Positions 63,355 to 64,000 of a stretch of DNA of 64,000 nucleotides are shown piece after piece. A program made the translations under genes and the position numbers. A model generated the notes under the pieces. The model saw only the letters and a program-made list of their open reading frames with translations, was not told the origin of the DNA and ran no database searches. Within the stretch, counting starts at the first letter, position 1. Every line of letters starts with the position of its first letter. The stretch covers positions 65,043,548 to 65,107,547 of the forward strand of contig NC_057718.1 of assembly GCF_004010195.1 (NCBI RefSeq), written 5' to 3'. The stretch comes from Chiloscyllium plagiosum (taxonomy: Eukaryota).

Positions 63355-64000
63355 GTGGTGAATTAATCAGGATAGAAATAATAGTTAAATGGAAAAAGGT
63401 GGGTTGATTTGGAAGAGGCAACATGGGTTTCAAAAGGGGAAATCATGTTTAACTAACTTTCTGGAGTCTTTGAAGAGGTAACAGAAAGACCCAATTAAGG
63501 TAATGCTCTTGAGGTGCATACATTTTCTAAAGCCATGATCATAATGAATGGCACACAGGCTTGAAAAGCCAAATGGCCTACTCCTGCTTCTAGTTCCGAT
63601 GTTTCAGGAGACATTTGATACAGTGCTCTACATCAGACTTGTGAGGAAAGTTTAGAGGTTATGGAATAAAAGGGTCAGCAACAACATAGATACAAAATTG
63701 AATGATAGGAAATACAGACTAAAAGTCAATGGATGTTTTCAAGCTGGAGGATAATTCATAGTGGAGTTCCCCAGGAATTGGTATTGGGACTCTTGCTTTT
63801 GCTGATTAATGATCTGGATATTGGTGCGCAGGGGACAATCTCAAAGTTTGCCAATGACACCAGATTTGAAAGTATTGCAAGGAGGACAGTGTGGAACTTC
63901 AAAAGGACATTGACAAATTGATGGTGGGGGTGGATAAAGTTCAATATAGAGACATGTGAAGTGATGTAGTTTGATCAGAAGAACACTGAAAGACAACATA

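Larger units (their letters stand above)
60895..64000 (+). mobile_element. Old CR1 retaining ORF1 (zinc finger and SGNH-esterase remnants), endonuclease and RT; runs off the window
   Basis: DDHVCRKC, IVRGTDR, IVVHVGTN (ORF1); WNYDVIA, VVYRT..VVIMG (APE); SGVPQELVLG, KFANDT (RT). Confidence 0.8.

Noticed and set aside
62810..63433. 170-195-aa ORFs
   Set aside because: Almost entirely the 500-N gap

Overview
Repeat-dense, AT-rich vertebrate non-coding DNA with no supportable host gene exon. The repeat families (HE1-type tRNA-derived V-SINEs, HER1/CR1 LINEs with (CTATGACT)n tails, Deu-domain SINE) point to a cartilaginous fish, probably a shark (inference from recalled consensus, no database search). 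The window holds many nested CR1-group LINE fragments, SINEs, one RTE fragment, one L1/Tx1 3' end, Harbinger remnants, at least three Penelope-like element (PLE) families and three assembly gaps. All long ORFs are decayed transposon sequence. The strongest signal is a set of minimal type I hammerhead ribozyme motifs (CUGANGA-A-stem II-GAAA-palindromic stem III) in the PLE termini. At 18508-18909 (- strand) two identical 128-bp copies 274 nt apart each carry an intact core. This retrozyme-like unit could self-cleave as a dimer and release a 274-nt RNA, and it sits in one arm of a 118-bp inverted repeat.
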